Assembly (NCBI RefSeq): GCF_036971445.1
Contig: NC_091470.1
Span: forward strand, 96,968,001-97,032,000
From: Narcine bancroftii
Taxonomy: Eukaryota
Direction of reading: 5' to 3'
DNA length: 64,000 bases
Part shown: positions 48,238-60,345 of the stretch, piece after piece
Numbering within the stretch: the first letter of the stretch is position 1
Layout of the letters: the number at the start of each line of letters is the position of its first letter
Notes under the pieces: model-generated
Seen by the model: only the letters and a program-made list of their open reading frames with translations
Told to the model about the DNA's origin: nothing
Databases searched by the model: none
Translations under genes and position numbers: made by a program

Positions 48238-49660
48238 GAACCTAGAGGTGCTGGTTTTCAGGCTTCTGTACTTTCTGCCTGAAGGTAGCAGAGAGAAGAG
48301 ATTGGGACCAGAGTGATGAGGGTTGTTTATGATGCCTTCCTGAGGCAGCGGCTCACATAGATGTATTCAATGGATGGCAGGTGGGACCCTGTGATGGGCT
48401 TGACTATGTTGATTACCTTCTGGAGGATACAGTATTCCTGGGCTGTTATATTCCCAAACCAGGCTGTGATGCAGCCAGTCAGTGTACTTTCCGTAGTGCA
48501 CCCGTAGGTTTGAATATTCGCTGATATGCTAAGTCTCCTCAGATTCCTTAGAAAATAGAGGAATTGATGTACCTTCTTCATGGTTGCCTTGATGTGCTGG
48601 CTACAGGTCTTCTGAAATATGGCCACACAGGAAATTGAAGGCTCTAACATTCTCCATCCCACCAGTGTTACAGTGGTGCGTTAACTCTCACCCCATCAAC
48701 GGGCAGTGGTGCATTGTCTCTCAGCCCATCAACGTGCAGTGGTACGTTGTCTCTCACCCCATCAACGGGCAGTGGTACATTGTCTCTTACCCCATCAACG
48801 TGCAGTGGTGCGTTGTCTCTCAGCCCATCAACGTGCAGTGGTGTGTTGTCTCTCACCCCATCAATGTGCAGTGGTACGTTGTCTCTCACCCCATCAACGT
48901 GCAGTGGTGTGTTGTTTCATACCCCATCAATGTGCAGTGGTGCGTTATCTCTCACCCCATCAACGGGCAGTGGTGCAGTGGTACGTTGTCTCTCACCCAA
49001 TCAACGGGCAGTGGTGCGTTGTCTCTCAGCCCATCAATGTGCAGTGGTGCGTTATCTCTCACCCCAACAACAGGCAGTGGTGCGTTGTCTCTCAGCCCAT
49101 CAATGTGCAGTGGTACGTTGTCTCTCACCCCATCAATGTGCAGTGGTACATTGTCTCTCACCCCATCAACGTGCAGTGGTGTGTTGTCTCTCACCCCATC
49201 AACATGCAGTGGTGTGTTGTCTCTCACCCCATCAACGTGCAGTGGTGTGTTGTCTCTCACCCCATCAATGTGCAATGGTGTGTTGTCTCTCACCCCATCA
49301 ACGGGCAGTGGTGCGTTGTCTCTCACCCCGTCAACGGGCAGTGGTGTGTTGTCTCTCACCCCATCAACGGGCAGTGGTGTGTTGTCTCTCACCCCATCAA
49401 CGGGCAGTGGTGCGTTGTCTCTCACCCCATCAACGGGCAGTGGTGTGTTGTCTCTCACCCCATCAACGGGCAGTGGTGCGTTGTCTCTCACCCCATCAAC
49501 GGGCAGTGGTGCGTTGTCTCTCACCCCATCAACGGGCAGTGGTGCGTTGTCTCTCACCCCATCAATGTGCAGCATTCTGTTGTCTCTCACCTCTACTTCC
49601 TAAAATCAACAATAAGATCCTTGGTTTGGTGACATTGAGAGCAAGGTTGTTGATCTCCAT
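48238..49660 (-). mobile_element. Rex1/Babar LINE fragment containing an expanded minisatellite
   Basis: ORF KKVHQFLYFLRNLRR...ESTLTGCITAWFGN; upstream of the array it reads NNLALNV.K.KDLIVDFRK. Confidence 0.8.
48670..49590. repeat. 33-bp minisatellite, about 28 copies (CAGTGGTGYGTTGTCTCTCACCCCATCAACGKG)
   Basis: Head-to-tail units without spacers; an 8-nt slip (gcagtggt doubled) lies near 48967-48982. Confidence 0.95.
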
Positions 49661-50694
49661 TTTGTTTTCTGACTCATCGTTTCCAGTTATTCAATGGTAT
49701 CATCAGTGAATTTGTAGATTTTGTTGGTGCTGAACTGGGCTATCGGGTCACCAGTGTGTGAGAGTTGCATAGGGAGATTGTGCACACAGCCTGGGATCCC
49801 TGATAGAGAACTCTTAATTGTCATTTCATACATTATCGTCAACTAGATTATTGCAATTTAAATTCGTTTTATCCTTTTCATGAATGAGGTCAAAATTATT
49901 TCTCTGTGCTTTGATAAATCATTTTGAGCTTCTTTTCAGTGCATTGGATTGGAAATATTTCACACGTGAAAATGTCTGCAGCAGTTGTGCAGTAATGATT
50001 TTAGCAGTTATTCTCATACATCTCTCAAAACCAAAAATTGATGGCAGCCAACATTACAAATACCATGATCTATGTCCTCATTTTGCATTATTGTTTTTGA
50101 ATGTATGAAAAGGGGTGAAAAGATTGTTTAAAATATTGTGGCTAACTCAATGAGTAACTGAGTGTTGGCAGTGGTGTAAAGGAGAATACGATAATGTGGT
50201 AAATGCTTGATGCCCTAATTAGTTTCATCTGCACATTTAAAAAACACATTGTGTCAAAAATCCTCCACATGTATTAGCTGGGGTCTGTATGAAGTGTATA
50301 AGCCAGACTTTCATTTTGCCTGTTCTGTGAGGGATTATGGGGGGAAGAAACTGGGTTAATCTTTTCTCCCTTACTTTTATCAAAGGACTTGGATGTGGAA
50401 ATGTTTTCTGACTGAGTGTCGGTGGTTGCAAAAGCAAAGAAAAAAGCAAAATAACTTCTTTTCTGTGAGGAAATTGAAGTAGAATAATGCACCCTGTTGT
50501 GCTCCTTGCATTGCAACAGAGCTGCAGCATGCGAACACAGACTTTTATTACTAATTCTAGCACTGCAATTTGCTTTTGAGGATCTTTGACAGGAATGGCT
50601 CTAAATTCTGAGAGTTCAGACTCAATGTGATGCAACATATCTTTCAAGCAATGTTAATTGCACCCTATTGCTTTCTCCTTTAATTTAAAAAAAA

Positions 50695-51290
50695 TTAGAC
50701 ATCCAACACGGTAACAGGTCTTTGCGTCTGTGCTGCCCAATTACACCCAATTAATCTACAACTCCCGGTACATTTTTGAAGGGTGGGAGGAAGCCAGAGC
50801 ACCTGGAAGAAACCCACGCAGACACAGAGAGAGCATAGAAAATCCTTACAGACAGCGCCAAATTTGAACCCTGGTCCGGTCCCGATGGTGTAAGGTAAAA
50901 ACATCATGAGATGGGACCGGAGAAGGAGTCACCCAGTACTAAGGAGTAACAGAATGCAGATGTGACCTTGTACACTCAAGATAAGCTTTGCACTAACAAG
51001 AATGATGTGCAGCAGACTAACAGAGAAGGGTAGCAACAGTTTATTCATTGGACAATGTAATGGTATGATAATTTACTAAGTACGTATCCTGAGGTATAAA
51101 AAAAACACCACTTGCTGATAACGGAGAATGCGCCTTCTCCAACTAACACTGTTAGTTGCAAGTGTTACAATCCGGTAATAAAGAACCTTGATTTCGACTC
51201 AGTCTGGTGTCTGAATCACTCATTCTTGAACAAAGCAGACCTAACAATGGCTGGCGCTGTAAAGGCATTGCATTAACTGCGATGCCGCCC
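50695..51290 (-). mobile_element. V-SINE (HE1-like) interrupted by a solo LTR
   Basis: The SINE body ends at 50888 and resumes at 51247 with 'atggctggcgctgtaaaggcattg'. Confidence 0.75.
50889..51246 (+). mobile_element. Solo LTR, copy 2 (same family as 44504-44867, opposite orientation)
   Basis: TGTAAGG...CCTAACA, with TSD ATGG (50885-50888, 51247-51250), TATAAA at 51095-51100 and AATAAA at 51177-51182. Confidence 0.9.
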
Positions 51291-51724
51291 ACTGAGAGAA
51301 GTTTGAACAGTTCCATACTGGGTGGTTTTAAAAAAAATTGTATTTTAGTAGAAGGTCAGCATTAGGAAGGACACTATATACAAAGTTGCAAGTGGTAATC
51401 TCATTGAAAACTGTTTAATCATGAATTACTTGATAAATTTAGAGAGTTTCAACTCAAAACTGATCACTTTCTGTTGTAAAGTCAGTGTTAGGCCTCTAAA
51501 GATTGCATTAAATGCAGATTTTTAAGTGATGCTTTGAAAGTAAAGTCCAATAGTTTGCTAAGTCTTGCACACACGAAGTGCCCAAGTGGAACTTCTGGTC
51601 TATGCTGAATTAACTGATTTTTTTTCCCCCATTGTTTCTGTTTCTCAGTATTGTCCAATAATTACTTATTGGCAAATCCTGATTATAAGTATCCTGATTC
51701 AGCTGCAATTACTCCTGCTATGTA

Positions 51725-51970
51725 TGGGTGGTGTAGTGGTTAGTGCAGTGCCTTTACAGTGATCGGAACCGGACCGGGGTTCGAATCCCACACTGTCTGT
51801 AAAGAGCTTGTATGTTCTCCCCATGACTGCGTGGGGTTTCTCTGGGGGCTCCTATTTCCTCCAATCATTCAGAAACATACCGGGGGTGGAGGTTAAATGG
51901 GGGTAAATTGGGGGCCTTGGACTCGTGGGCTGATATGGCCTGTTATCCTGCTGTGTGTCTAAATTTTAAA
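51725..51970 (+). mobile_element. V-SINE (HE1-like), near full length
   Basis: A-box 'tggtgtagtggttag', B-box 'ggttcgaatccc', V domain and 3' tail. Confidence 0.8.
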
Positions 51971-52328
51971 AAATTGAATAGCTTAATATGGCTCACACAT
52001 GAAATATAAATGTATCCATTCGAATGAAGTATCACAAGTCGACCACAGAGTTGAGATGCTATGCCGTCTGTTGTTTTAAAAAGCATTCCCAAAAGAACAG
52101 CAGCTGTGGAGGCGAGGGGATAGTCATCATCTCAAGTTGACCTGCATCAGGACTGAATGTAGAATGTAGCCTGTATATTACTGTACTTGACTTTCCACAG
52201 TAGCCCCAGATTGTACTGAAACATTGAATCTTTCTGTCTTCCTGTCTTGCTCATTTATTCTACTCTAACTTAATATATTTGGTAAAATGGTTCCTGTATT
52301 ATTAACTTTGTTGTTCTCTTGACTTCAG

Positions 52329-52423
52329 GAGTTCCAGGTGAACCACTGCCAGTAGAGAGTGAAAGAGATATCTTCGAATACATAGACTGGCAATATCGAG
52401 AACCAAGAGAGCGGAGTGAATGA
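52329..52423 (+). CDS. POLB: DNA polymerase beta, terminal exon 14 coding part (95 nt including TGA)
   Basis: Acceptor gacttcag|. Translates [31 protein letters not shown], with the stop at 52421-52423. Confidence 0.97.
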
Positions 52424-53394
52424 ATGAGTGCCACCTGATGTCCATGAATAGAACCTCCTTTCAAAAGCAGTGCACCGTTCAGTGAGACTGGGACTGCAAT
52501 GAGTCCTGATAAGTAAAGAACTGAGTGAAATATATTCCAGAAGGAATCTTCAACTCCTTTTCTCAAGATCCTTACATACATATATGGCTAGTAAATGGTG
52601 GATGAGCTTAAAATGTAATTGTAGATATCAGCTTTTGTTTAAGGTTCAGTGCAGTAATATAACAATACTCTGTGTAGCATTTAATGTGTGTAAAAAAAAA
52701 AAAAAGTAAATACAAATATTACACAAAGTGTTTGTAGAAACCAACAAGACAGAGGGGTCGTACAGGTCGAATGATCTCAAACACTGTGCAAACTACAGCG
52801 ACATTCATAATTGAATCTTTTCTTATCTTGTTAATAGCACTGATATTCTCCAAACGATACCCCCTTTAGCTTGTTTGTTAAATGTGTACAGTATATAGAT
52901 TAGATATTTAGTTAATCATGCAATCATTGAAAAGCCAACAAATCTCAATGTTCCTTTCTCTACTAGACCTGTGTACAGAATGCACCAAAAGATTTGCAAA
53001 CATCTACGTTACGTGGCAAAGTTATGTTATTTGTAGCTCCAGTTAATATCAACACTGAATAGAGGATAATGCAATTCTCCCACCAGGCTGTATGCAGCCC
53101 TGTCTGATTCACAGGGTAAGGTTCATCAGTTGCCAGCAGCAGGGCTTGGGACACAGCTTCTCTACATTCAGCTCCTCCATAGTGTGATGTAGCAGGGTGC
53201 AAGCTGTTTCTGGATGGGTAGCTCTATTAATCTGTTTCATAATCTATTCCATTTGGTGTAGTGCAGTGCTCTAAAAATTTAGACTGACGCAGAATTGGAA
53301 CTTTAATTTCGTTGCCTACATGCAATTTGGATCATCCATTCAACTGGTGAAATGCAGAATCAGTTTAATATGCTGCCACATTATAATATACCTT

Positions 53395-53400
53395 AATAAA
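53395..53400 (+). terminator. Candidate POLB polyadenylation signal (AATAAA)
   Basis: AATAAA about 1 kb after the POLB stop, followed by a T-rich tract. Another AATAAA lies at 54382-54387. Not verifiable without transcripts. Confidence 0.45.
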
Positions 53401-53766
53401 GTTTCATTCTATCATTTTTTTTCTATTTTACATGGGGACATCATTATAAGGGAGTGGCCATTTAAAACCAAACTGTGTGGGATCTTTTTTTCTCAGATTG
53501 TAGTGAATCTATAGAGTTGTCTACCCCACCCCAAGTTTTGCCATTGAAGGTATCCCTCGTCCAAGTTCTGCTTCAGATTTGTTCCTTGTTTATTCCATCA
53601 CTAGTCTAAACCTTGGAACGTGATGTCTTGTCACAAGCATTTGACCCTCTTCCATCCCTAGCATCAGATCCAATAACACTTCCTTCATGATTGGGCCAAG
53701 AATATTTCTTGAACACTTTTTAGAAGTTCCTTCCCCCTTCGTTGACTTTGCTATAAAGTTCTATAC

Positions 53767-53881
53767 CAGGGGTGGGGCAACTTTTTTTAAAAAATACCTC
53801 ACATTCCACCTTAAGCAATGCCATAAGTGGTCTGTGATTGGTAAGGGATTGTGAGTGGGAAGGGAAGGTTGAGAACCACTG
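53767..53881. mobile_element. Small hAT-like MITE
   Basis: Termini CAGGGGTGGGGCAAC / GTTGAGAACCACTG; no clean TSD. Confidence 0.5.
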
Positions 53882-56652
53882 CTCTTGTCATTGGCCCATT
53901 TCCTTTGGAGTTATGAAATCAAGCACACATTGAAACTTTTTTGAGGTGGAATTATTACAAGATTTTCTTGGAGTAAAATTAAATTGTATCGGTACCAGTT
54001 TGAAATGTAGAGCTGATTTTGGCCAAGGTTTAATTTTTAGAGTTGATTGAATCTAGTTCTTAATGGAATAAAAAAAATCAAGTAAAAAAATTCTGCTACT
54101 TCCAAAATGTATAAATTGAATGATTTTTATATTTGGAGAACAATGTCTCTTTAAAAAGTTTAAGTGCCTCAAATTTTACAAATTGTGTGGAATTCCATCT
54201 TTTAAAAAAAATCCTTTGTTGATGTGTTAGTGTTTTGTTTTACCAAGGAGGGTAACTTTTTGCTTTTACAAATATCTGCAGCGATGTAGAAGAAAGAATG
54301 TGATTTACTTCACTGTATAGTGTAATGATTTGCAATTTCTTTCACCATGCTTTAAAAAACATTCTCTATTTTCCTTCAGTTAATAAAATATTACTTTGAA
54401 GACTGAAATAAGTTGTATCAACTTTAATTTCACAATGGACATGTGAAATTTTATTGAATTTTGAAATTGATACAAGTGCCTATAGTTCCAGAATGCAAAA
54501 TATCATATGAAAATTAGTTTTGAATATTCCAACTGCTCAAAAAAGTTTAAATTTTAGGACATTTGAAATTATTTTGTTAATTTATTATTTTTCGATTGGT
54601 TTGAAATAACTTTAGTTTGAAAATTACATCTAAAAATTGTTAGGCGACTTAAACACAATAGATTTGATTTTATATGTCTTCTTTGAATGTGGAAAGTGTT
54701 GGAAATAGCAACAACATCATGAAAAATAGTACAAAATTAATGGATTTAACAAAATACAATTTCTGAAACAGATTACTGTGTTTAGTAATGTATAACTGGG
54801 AGGGAGCACAACTGACATTTTACAGGACATTCCGAGCCCCAACCACTGATTGTTCAACTTATCAGAGTTACAGCCTGTACACCTCTACAATGGCTCTTAA
54901 TCAGTTGTTTCAAGCCTAACCACTTGCAAGTGTGGTTGTCTGCAGCTGGTGGTGTGTTGTATAGGTTATGGGTCAAATGTGTGCTTCAGTTAAAATTTTA
55001 ATTACAAGATGACACAGGGCAGGCTGCCAAAGATCTTGATTAATTGAAATTTTTATTGTCCAACATAGAAAGTATCTGAGATAGAAGGAAGACATTCGCT
55101 ACAATATATTGATCCTGAACAAAAAGAGCCACACAAGTTGATCAGTAGCCTGCAGGTCATTAGCTGTACATGTACCCATCAAACATTCATTATAGAGCTG
55201 GCAAAAAAAAACTTTGCTTGGCAAGGGGCTGGTGGGTTGAATTTTTATTAAAAAAAGCTGTTTAAAATAATGGGATAATTTTTAATGTTTTAGTGGAGTC
55301 TTTTCAAGTTCAAGTAGTTATTTGTTTATTTCTGTAGAATTTTCAAAATTGTGTTGATTGTAACCTGATAATTTACTGGAGTTATCTATAGACTTCTATG
55401 CAGTTTATTTTGCATGTAACAGTTTGAGAAACTTTCAATACAGAAAAGGGCCTTGAAAGTGGGAAGAAATACTTCTGTTATTCAGAAATTACAAAACTTT
55501 CTTGAGGTGGAATTATTACAAGATTTTCTGGGAGTAATAATGAATTGGTACAAGTTTGAAATATAGACTTCTGATTTTTGGCCAAGGTTTAATTTTACAC
55601 AATACTGGGACTGCACTTATGACTGAGGATTGATTATGTCATGCCCAACAAGGAATTGGTCCCTGGACAAAATTATGTATGTTCAGAGTTTTTCACTCCC
55701 TGTAATCCCATAACAGACCCTGGGACATTAACGTGTGATACTTTTGCAAAGATCAGAATCCCCCATCGAGTTCTGGCTGCTTTGAGATGGATAGAATCCA
55801 GCAAAACTTGCCACATGGTCTTGCTATGTTTGCACATAAGTAATGGGCACTAAACGTATCACTATATTATAGCCGTTTTATAATCTGTATTTTATATAAT
55901 CTCATTGTACAGTTGCTGCAGTTTCAAGAATGCAAACCTTTTTTGTTATTGAACTATGTATTTTTTTTGTAATTTGTGGCCTGCATTGCTTTTGATACAG
56001 TTGCTATTTAAAAAAACTTTGAAAACATTGAATACGTCAAGAGAAAACAGCCCTAAATGTCCATAATCTCTTTCTCATCTCCTTTCCGAAAGTGTATCCA
56101 AATGGCTAGTAAACTGGCTCTTTTATTTAGTGTACTGGGGATATGGACAGCTTTAATCCTTTATAATTGTCCCTCAGGGAACTTTGCCTAAAAAGCTATT
56201 AACTATTATGTTATAAACAAAAGCAGGTCTTTGGAGTAAAGAGAAAATGCTGCTAGCACTGGGTTTGTGAAATAATGCAGGCCACAAACGTCTGAAAGAT
56301 TCAGATTATTGCTTCACCCATAGATCCTTCATTTGGACTGTCAAAGGGTTCCATGAGTTCCAGCACTAATTGCCTGCCAATTATCCTTGAAACTGCTGCT
56401 TTCAGGGACACCGTCGTTGGGCATCAGATACTTTAATTCATGAGTTAATTTAATATAATCTCCCAATGTGACACATAATGCTGAAATTAAGTGTTACACC
56501 TCAGGGCATGTTGTAAAAAATTGTGCCATTTTATGCACAGGTTTGGCATTTTTGGCCGTTTAATTGTTTAGGTAGTTTTATTCTGACTGATGCAGTATCT
56601 AGTCCTGTTAGTTTGTGACGTAGTTACAGCAAATGTTCAAACTTGGACCCCT

Positions 56653-56906
56653 CTAGATACGTTGGCAAACCCGCAGCCTGGAGTTGCCTTGAGAGGAGTC
56701 TTGGTTTTGGTTACGGCAGGCTAATCCTGGTCCACAGGCACATCGCTGGAAGATCTCTGGCCCCTGGGGACCCTCCTTCCTCCCCCGTTTCGAGCAGACT
56801 TGACCCTCTTTTAGGACAGGCCGACAGATCTTCGACCAGAAGTGCCGGGCACAACACAATTCAGAGGAGCAATCTGATGTTCGCAAACAAGTTTCTCCTT
56901 CCAGCC
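56653..56906 (-). CDS. DKK4: Dickkopf WNT inhibitor 4, terminal coding exon (C-terminal colipase-fold CRD2)
   Basis: Minus-strand acceptor ccttgcag|GG CTG GAA. Translates [84 protein letters not shown]. The CARHFW motif marks DKK1/2/4. The CLRT, CSKRG-K..Q.PEIFQRC.CGPGL and RLRVCQ motifs plus convergent adjacency to POLB favour DKK4. Upstream exons were not located in the window. Confidence 0.9.
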
Positions 56907-58494
56907 CTGCAAGGTAGAGAGTACTTTTGAACATGAGCATTTCTTTTAATATCTGCATATAAACAGCTTTAACTCTTGGGTAAAAACACACGCTGGAGAA
57001 ACTCAGCAGGTCAAACAGTGTACTTCATATAGGAAAGATAAAGATGTATAACAAACATTTCAGGCTTGAGAGGTATGAGAAAGGTATGAGAAAAATGGGG
57101 CAGGCACCCGAACAGAAATCTTGGGTAAATGACGACCGTTTCATCACATGGACCTGCAGCACATGCTGAACATTTTCCCAAACCTCCCCATACTGTAAAG
57201 CCTGTACATCCACATTAAATCCAGTTTTTAGATTTGGTTATAGAATTGTGTATCAATGGCAGTGTTTGCAAAATATTGCTTGATACACCTGATGGTTGAC
57301 ACATTGTTTGAATTTGGCTAAAAAACTCTGTGTTGAGTATATTTTGTTGATCGCATTTAAACTGTACACAAGACAAAATGTCTTTCAGTTCTCCCAAATG
57401 ACACTTTGAAGCCAACATTTTCAGTGATATTTTACAATTTCTGCTATAATTTTGAGAGATAGATTTTCATTGTTAATGAAAGCCCTTTCAATTGAGCAAT
57501 CTGCTTCGTGTCTGACCTGAAGTATTACCTCTGTTTCTCTCCCCTAACCTACTCAGCATCTCCAACATTTTTATTTTCACTTGGAAGGGAAACTGACAAT
57601 GTCAGTGCCAAACTTCATTTACATGGGGTTAAAGTGGTTCCTGCTGTAATAAATTTCAAACTGTTCTGGAGAAACTGGAAATCCCATTTCCAACAAAGCA
57701 GAACGAAAGAGAGGAAATCTAACAGTCACACATCAACCAGAGGACTACTTCCCCTGGGACTGGGTTCCCACTTATTCATGACAACCTCAATGAACTAAAA
57801 TGAGCTAAGTGAACAAATAGTGATTTTTAGAGCAAAGCAAAAGGCTCTTCAGGTAATTGGGAGACACACAGGAGACTGCAGTTGCTGGGAGCAGCATCAG
57901 TGGGTGGAAAAGAACAGTCAGTGTTTCAGGTCAGAACTCTTCACTGACAGTGAAAGGTTCTGGTCCAAAATGTTGACCATTCTTTTTGTCCCATTGATGA
58001 TGCTCGAACTGTTGCGTACCTTCAGTGAACTGTGCATCAATTTTTCATTGCACGATGGGAAGATGAGAGGTCTGGAACGTCAACTCTGAATCTATATTGC
58101 CTTTTCCATTCTCCACTACTCATAATGGCATTGGTTTCCACCTTAACTGGTCACTGTACTAAATGGTACTGACACAACATTTAAATCTTATTGGTAAACA
58201 AATAGAAATTAAGAGGTGGACTTTCTAAAACCAGTTCCCTATTCCAAATGCTCAATCTTTGTGTAAGCCATGTAAATAACCATCCATTTACTCTTTGACC
58301 AAATAAAATACTGAAACACTAACCTATCTTTTAAAAACTAGTGGAGGCAGGGGCCAAGATTATAAAGAGAGCAGAGGACTAATGGAAACTTTGAAAGTGG
58401 AACTATGGGGGGTGGGGGGGGGGGGTGGGAATTGAAAACTGGCTTGTTATTTGATGCACTTCATTACAACATCTTAAACTGTTTTATTTGTTAA

Positions 58495-58700
58495 ATTTAG
58501 ACACACAGCTCAGTAACAGGCCCTTCCAGCCCACGAACCTGTGCTGCCCAAGTACCCCAATTAAATTACAACCCCTGCATGTGTTTGAGGCTGGGAGAAA
58601 AACTGGAACACCCAGAGGAAACCCCCACGGAGAGAACGTACAAACTCCTTAAAGACAGCACCAGATTCAAACCTGGGTTGTGGGCTCTGTTACACTATTA
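58495..58700 (-). mobile_element. V-SINE (HE1-like)
   Basis: Matches the other copies. Confidence 0.7.
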
Positions 58701-59719
58701 ACTGTTGACCCATAAGGCTGCTCTAGTCAGAACACTGAGGCCTGTATTCAGCTATACTCTTTCAATGCGGACTGTGCATTAAAATCTTCCAGGACCTGCT
58801 GCCACTGAGGCGTCTCCAGGCTGGGAAGATCAAAGAGGGAGGGAGATAGCGGCTTCCATTGGATCCAACCTGGGATTCAGGCAGGCTGGCAGCATGCTAT
58901 GCCAATTCCCAGCAAAGGTCCACACTCACTGTGGCTCTCGGGTGCAGTTCTAAGACTTGTGACTTGCACGGAAAGCTTCATTGCTTGTTCAAGCTCTCGA
59001 AAGCAAACTCGACACACACATAGGGTGCTAATGGAAGGCAGAGATTTGTCCTTGTCACAAGTACTGTAACTCTATATATAGTGCCAGCTCGTTCTTGGAA
59101 CATATCCTGAGAACCCTGCAGGAATCTGTGGACATCCTGATGCAGGGTCTTGACCCAAAATGTCAATTACTCCTCTCCCTCCACAATTGCTGCTTGATCA
59201 CCAGAGATCTACCAGCAGTTTCATTTTTTTAGGACCAATTATAGTGATATGTGGCTAAAATCAATTAATTTGATATGGTTTTGGGTTCAATCCAGGCTGC
59301 TGTAGCCTCAATGACTGATTGACAATATATTTACCCATTAGCTGAATTAAAATGTAGTGGTCAACCTGTGCTGAATTTGCTGCCTTCACTGCTATCCAAA
59401 TCCATTTTAGATCAGAATTTTTCATTCCTTTTTTTTTAAATTTAAGTTGTCTGCTCAAATACTGAGTTAACAGAAATTTTGTTCAATAAATCGTCAGGAA
59501 GCTCACAGCCAGTGTGTTTGGTCCCCACCACTGACATCAGGTCCACTGCTAAAATCAGAGGTTGACTTTTTTGGGGAAAGGTTTTAGAGAATGATACATT
59601 TTGCAGAAGGAGCTCACCAAGTCCATGTTTATCACAACCACCACATGCTCCTCAGTTGTACTGCAACCCTTTTGCACATTTGACCATCCTGTCGATTTCT
59701 TTGTTCAAAAAGTGCAGCA

Positions 59720-60090
59720 AGAAAGTCTGCAGGCGCTGCGATGGTAGTAAAAACACACAGAAATGCCAGAGGAACTCAGATGGTCTCCTGGCATCCATCA
59801 GCGGTAAAGGATGTATTACCGATGTTCCAGGCCTGAGTCCTTCTTCAAGGTATAAGCAAAAAACAGGAAGGCATCAGAATAAAGAATGGAGAGAGAAAGG
59901 CAGAAATTTGTGGGGGGGGGGGGGGGTGCGGTGGAAAGAGTCCAGACCAACAGCCAAAAGGACTTAATTGGATATAATAAGGGGAAAAGTGAGAATTGAT
60001 TTTTGGCTTGGTGAAAAGAGACAGGGGGGAAAGGGGAGAGAGGGAGAGACAGAGCTGGGGATGTGTGGTTTTAACAGAAACTGGAGACCA
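59720..60090. mobile_element. Penelope-derived terminal repeat fragment
   Basis: Similar to 22414-22740 and 35295-35610. Confidence 0.65.
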
Positions 60091-60134
60091 AAGGGCTGAA
60101 CTTAATAACTGGGCCATTACATTTATAGTTATTT

Positions 60135-60345
60135 TTAAAATTTAGACATGCAATACGGTGACGGGCCCTTCCGTCCTACGAGCCTATGCCCTCCAAACAC
60201 ATGAATTAATTTAGAATTCCTGAATGTTTTTGAAGGGTGGGAAGAAACCCACACAGACACAGGGAGACATACAAACTCCTTGCAGACAGCGTTGGGTTAA
60301 ACCTGAGTCGTCGGCATTGTTATAGTGTTGCTCTAACTATCTCAG
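60135..60345 (-). mobile_element. V-SINE (HE1-like)
   Basis: 'aaacccacacagacacagggagacatacaaactccttgcagacagc'. Confidence 0.7.

Noticed and set aside
48670-49590. CRISPR array or repeat-protein gene (ORFs of 212-331 aa)
   Set aside because: Units are contiguous with no unique spacers, there are no cas genes, and the context is a eukaryotic intron. The ORFs follow from a stop-poor 33-bp unit and lack splice or promoter support.
44504-51246. Full-length LTR retrotransposon between the two LTRs
   Set aside because: The LTRs are inverted, have different TSDs, and enclose a POLB exon and LINEs rather than gag/pol.
51725-51800. tRNA gene
   Set aside because: The A/B boxes belong to a SINE head that continues into the V domain; no complete cloverleaf is evident.
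3658-52423. POLB pseudogenisation or unusual catalytic substitutions
   Set aside because: All seven exons are in phase with GT-AG sites and the catalytic residues are intact. The differences from human (e.g. D160A, Y266F, H285Q) look like ordinary divergence.
58930-59050. Alternative DKK4 upstream exon candidate (minus-strand donor GTGAGT at 58929)
   Set aside because: The frame is open, but there is no convincing acceptor or similarity to the DKK linker or CRD1.
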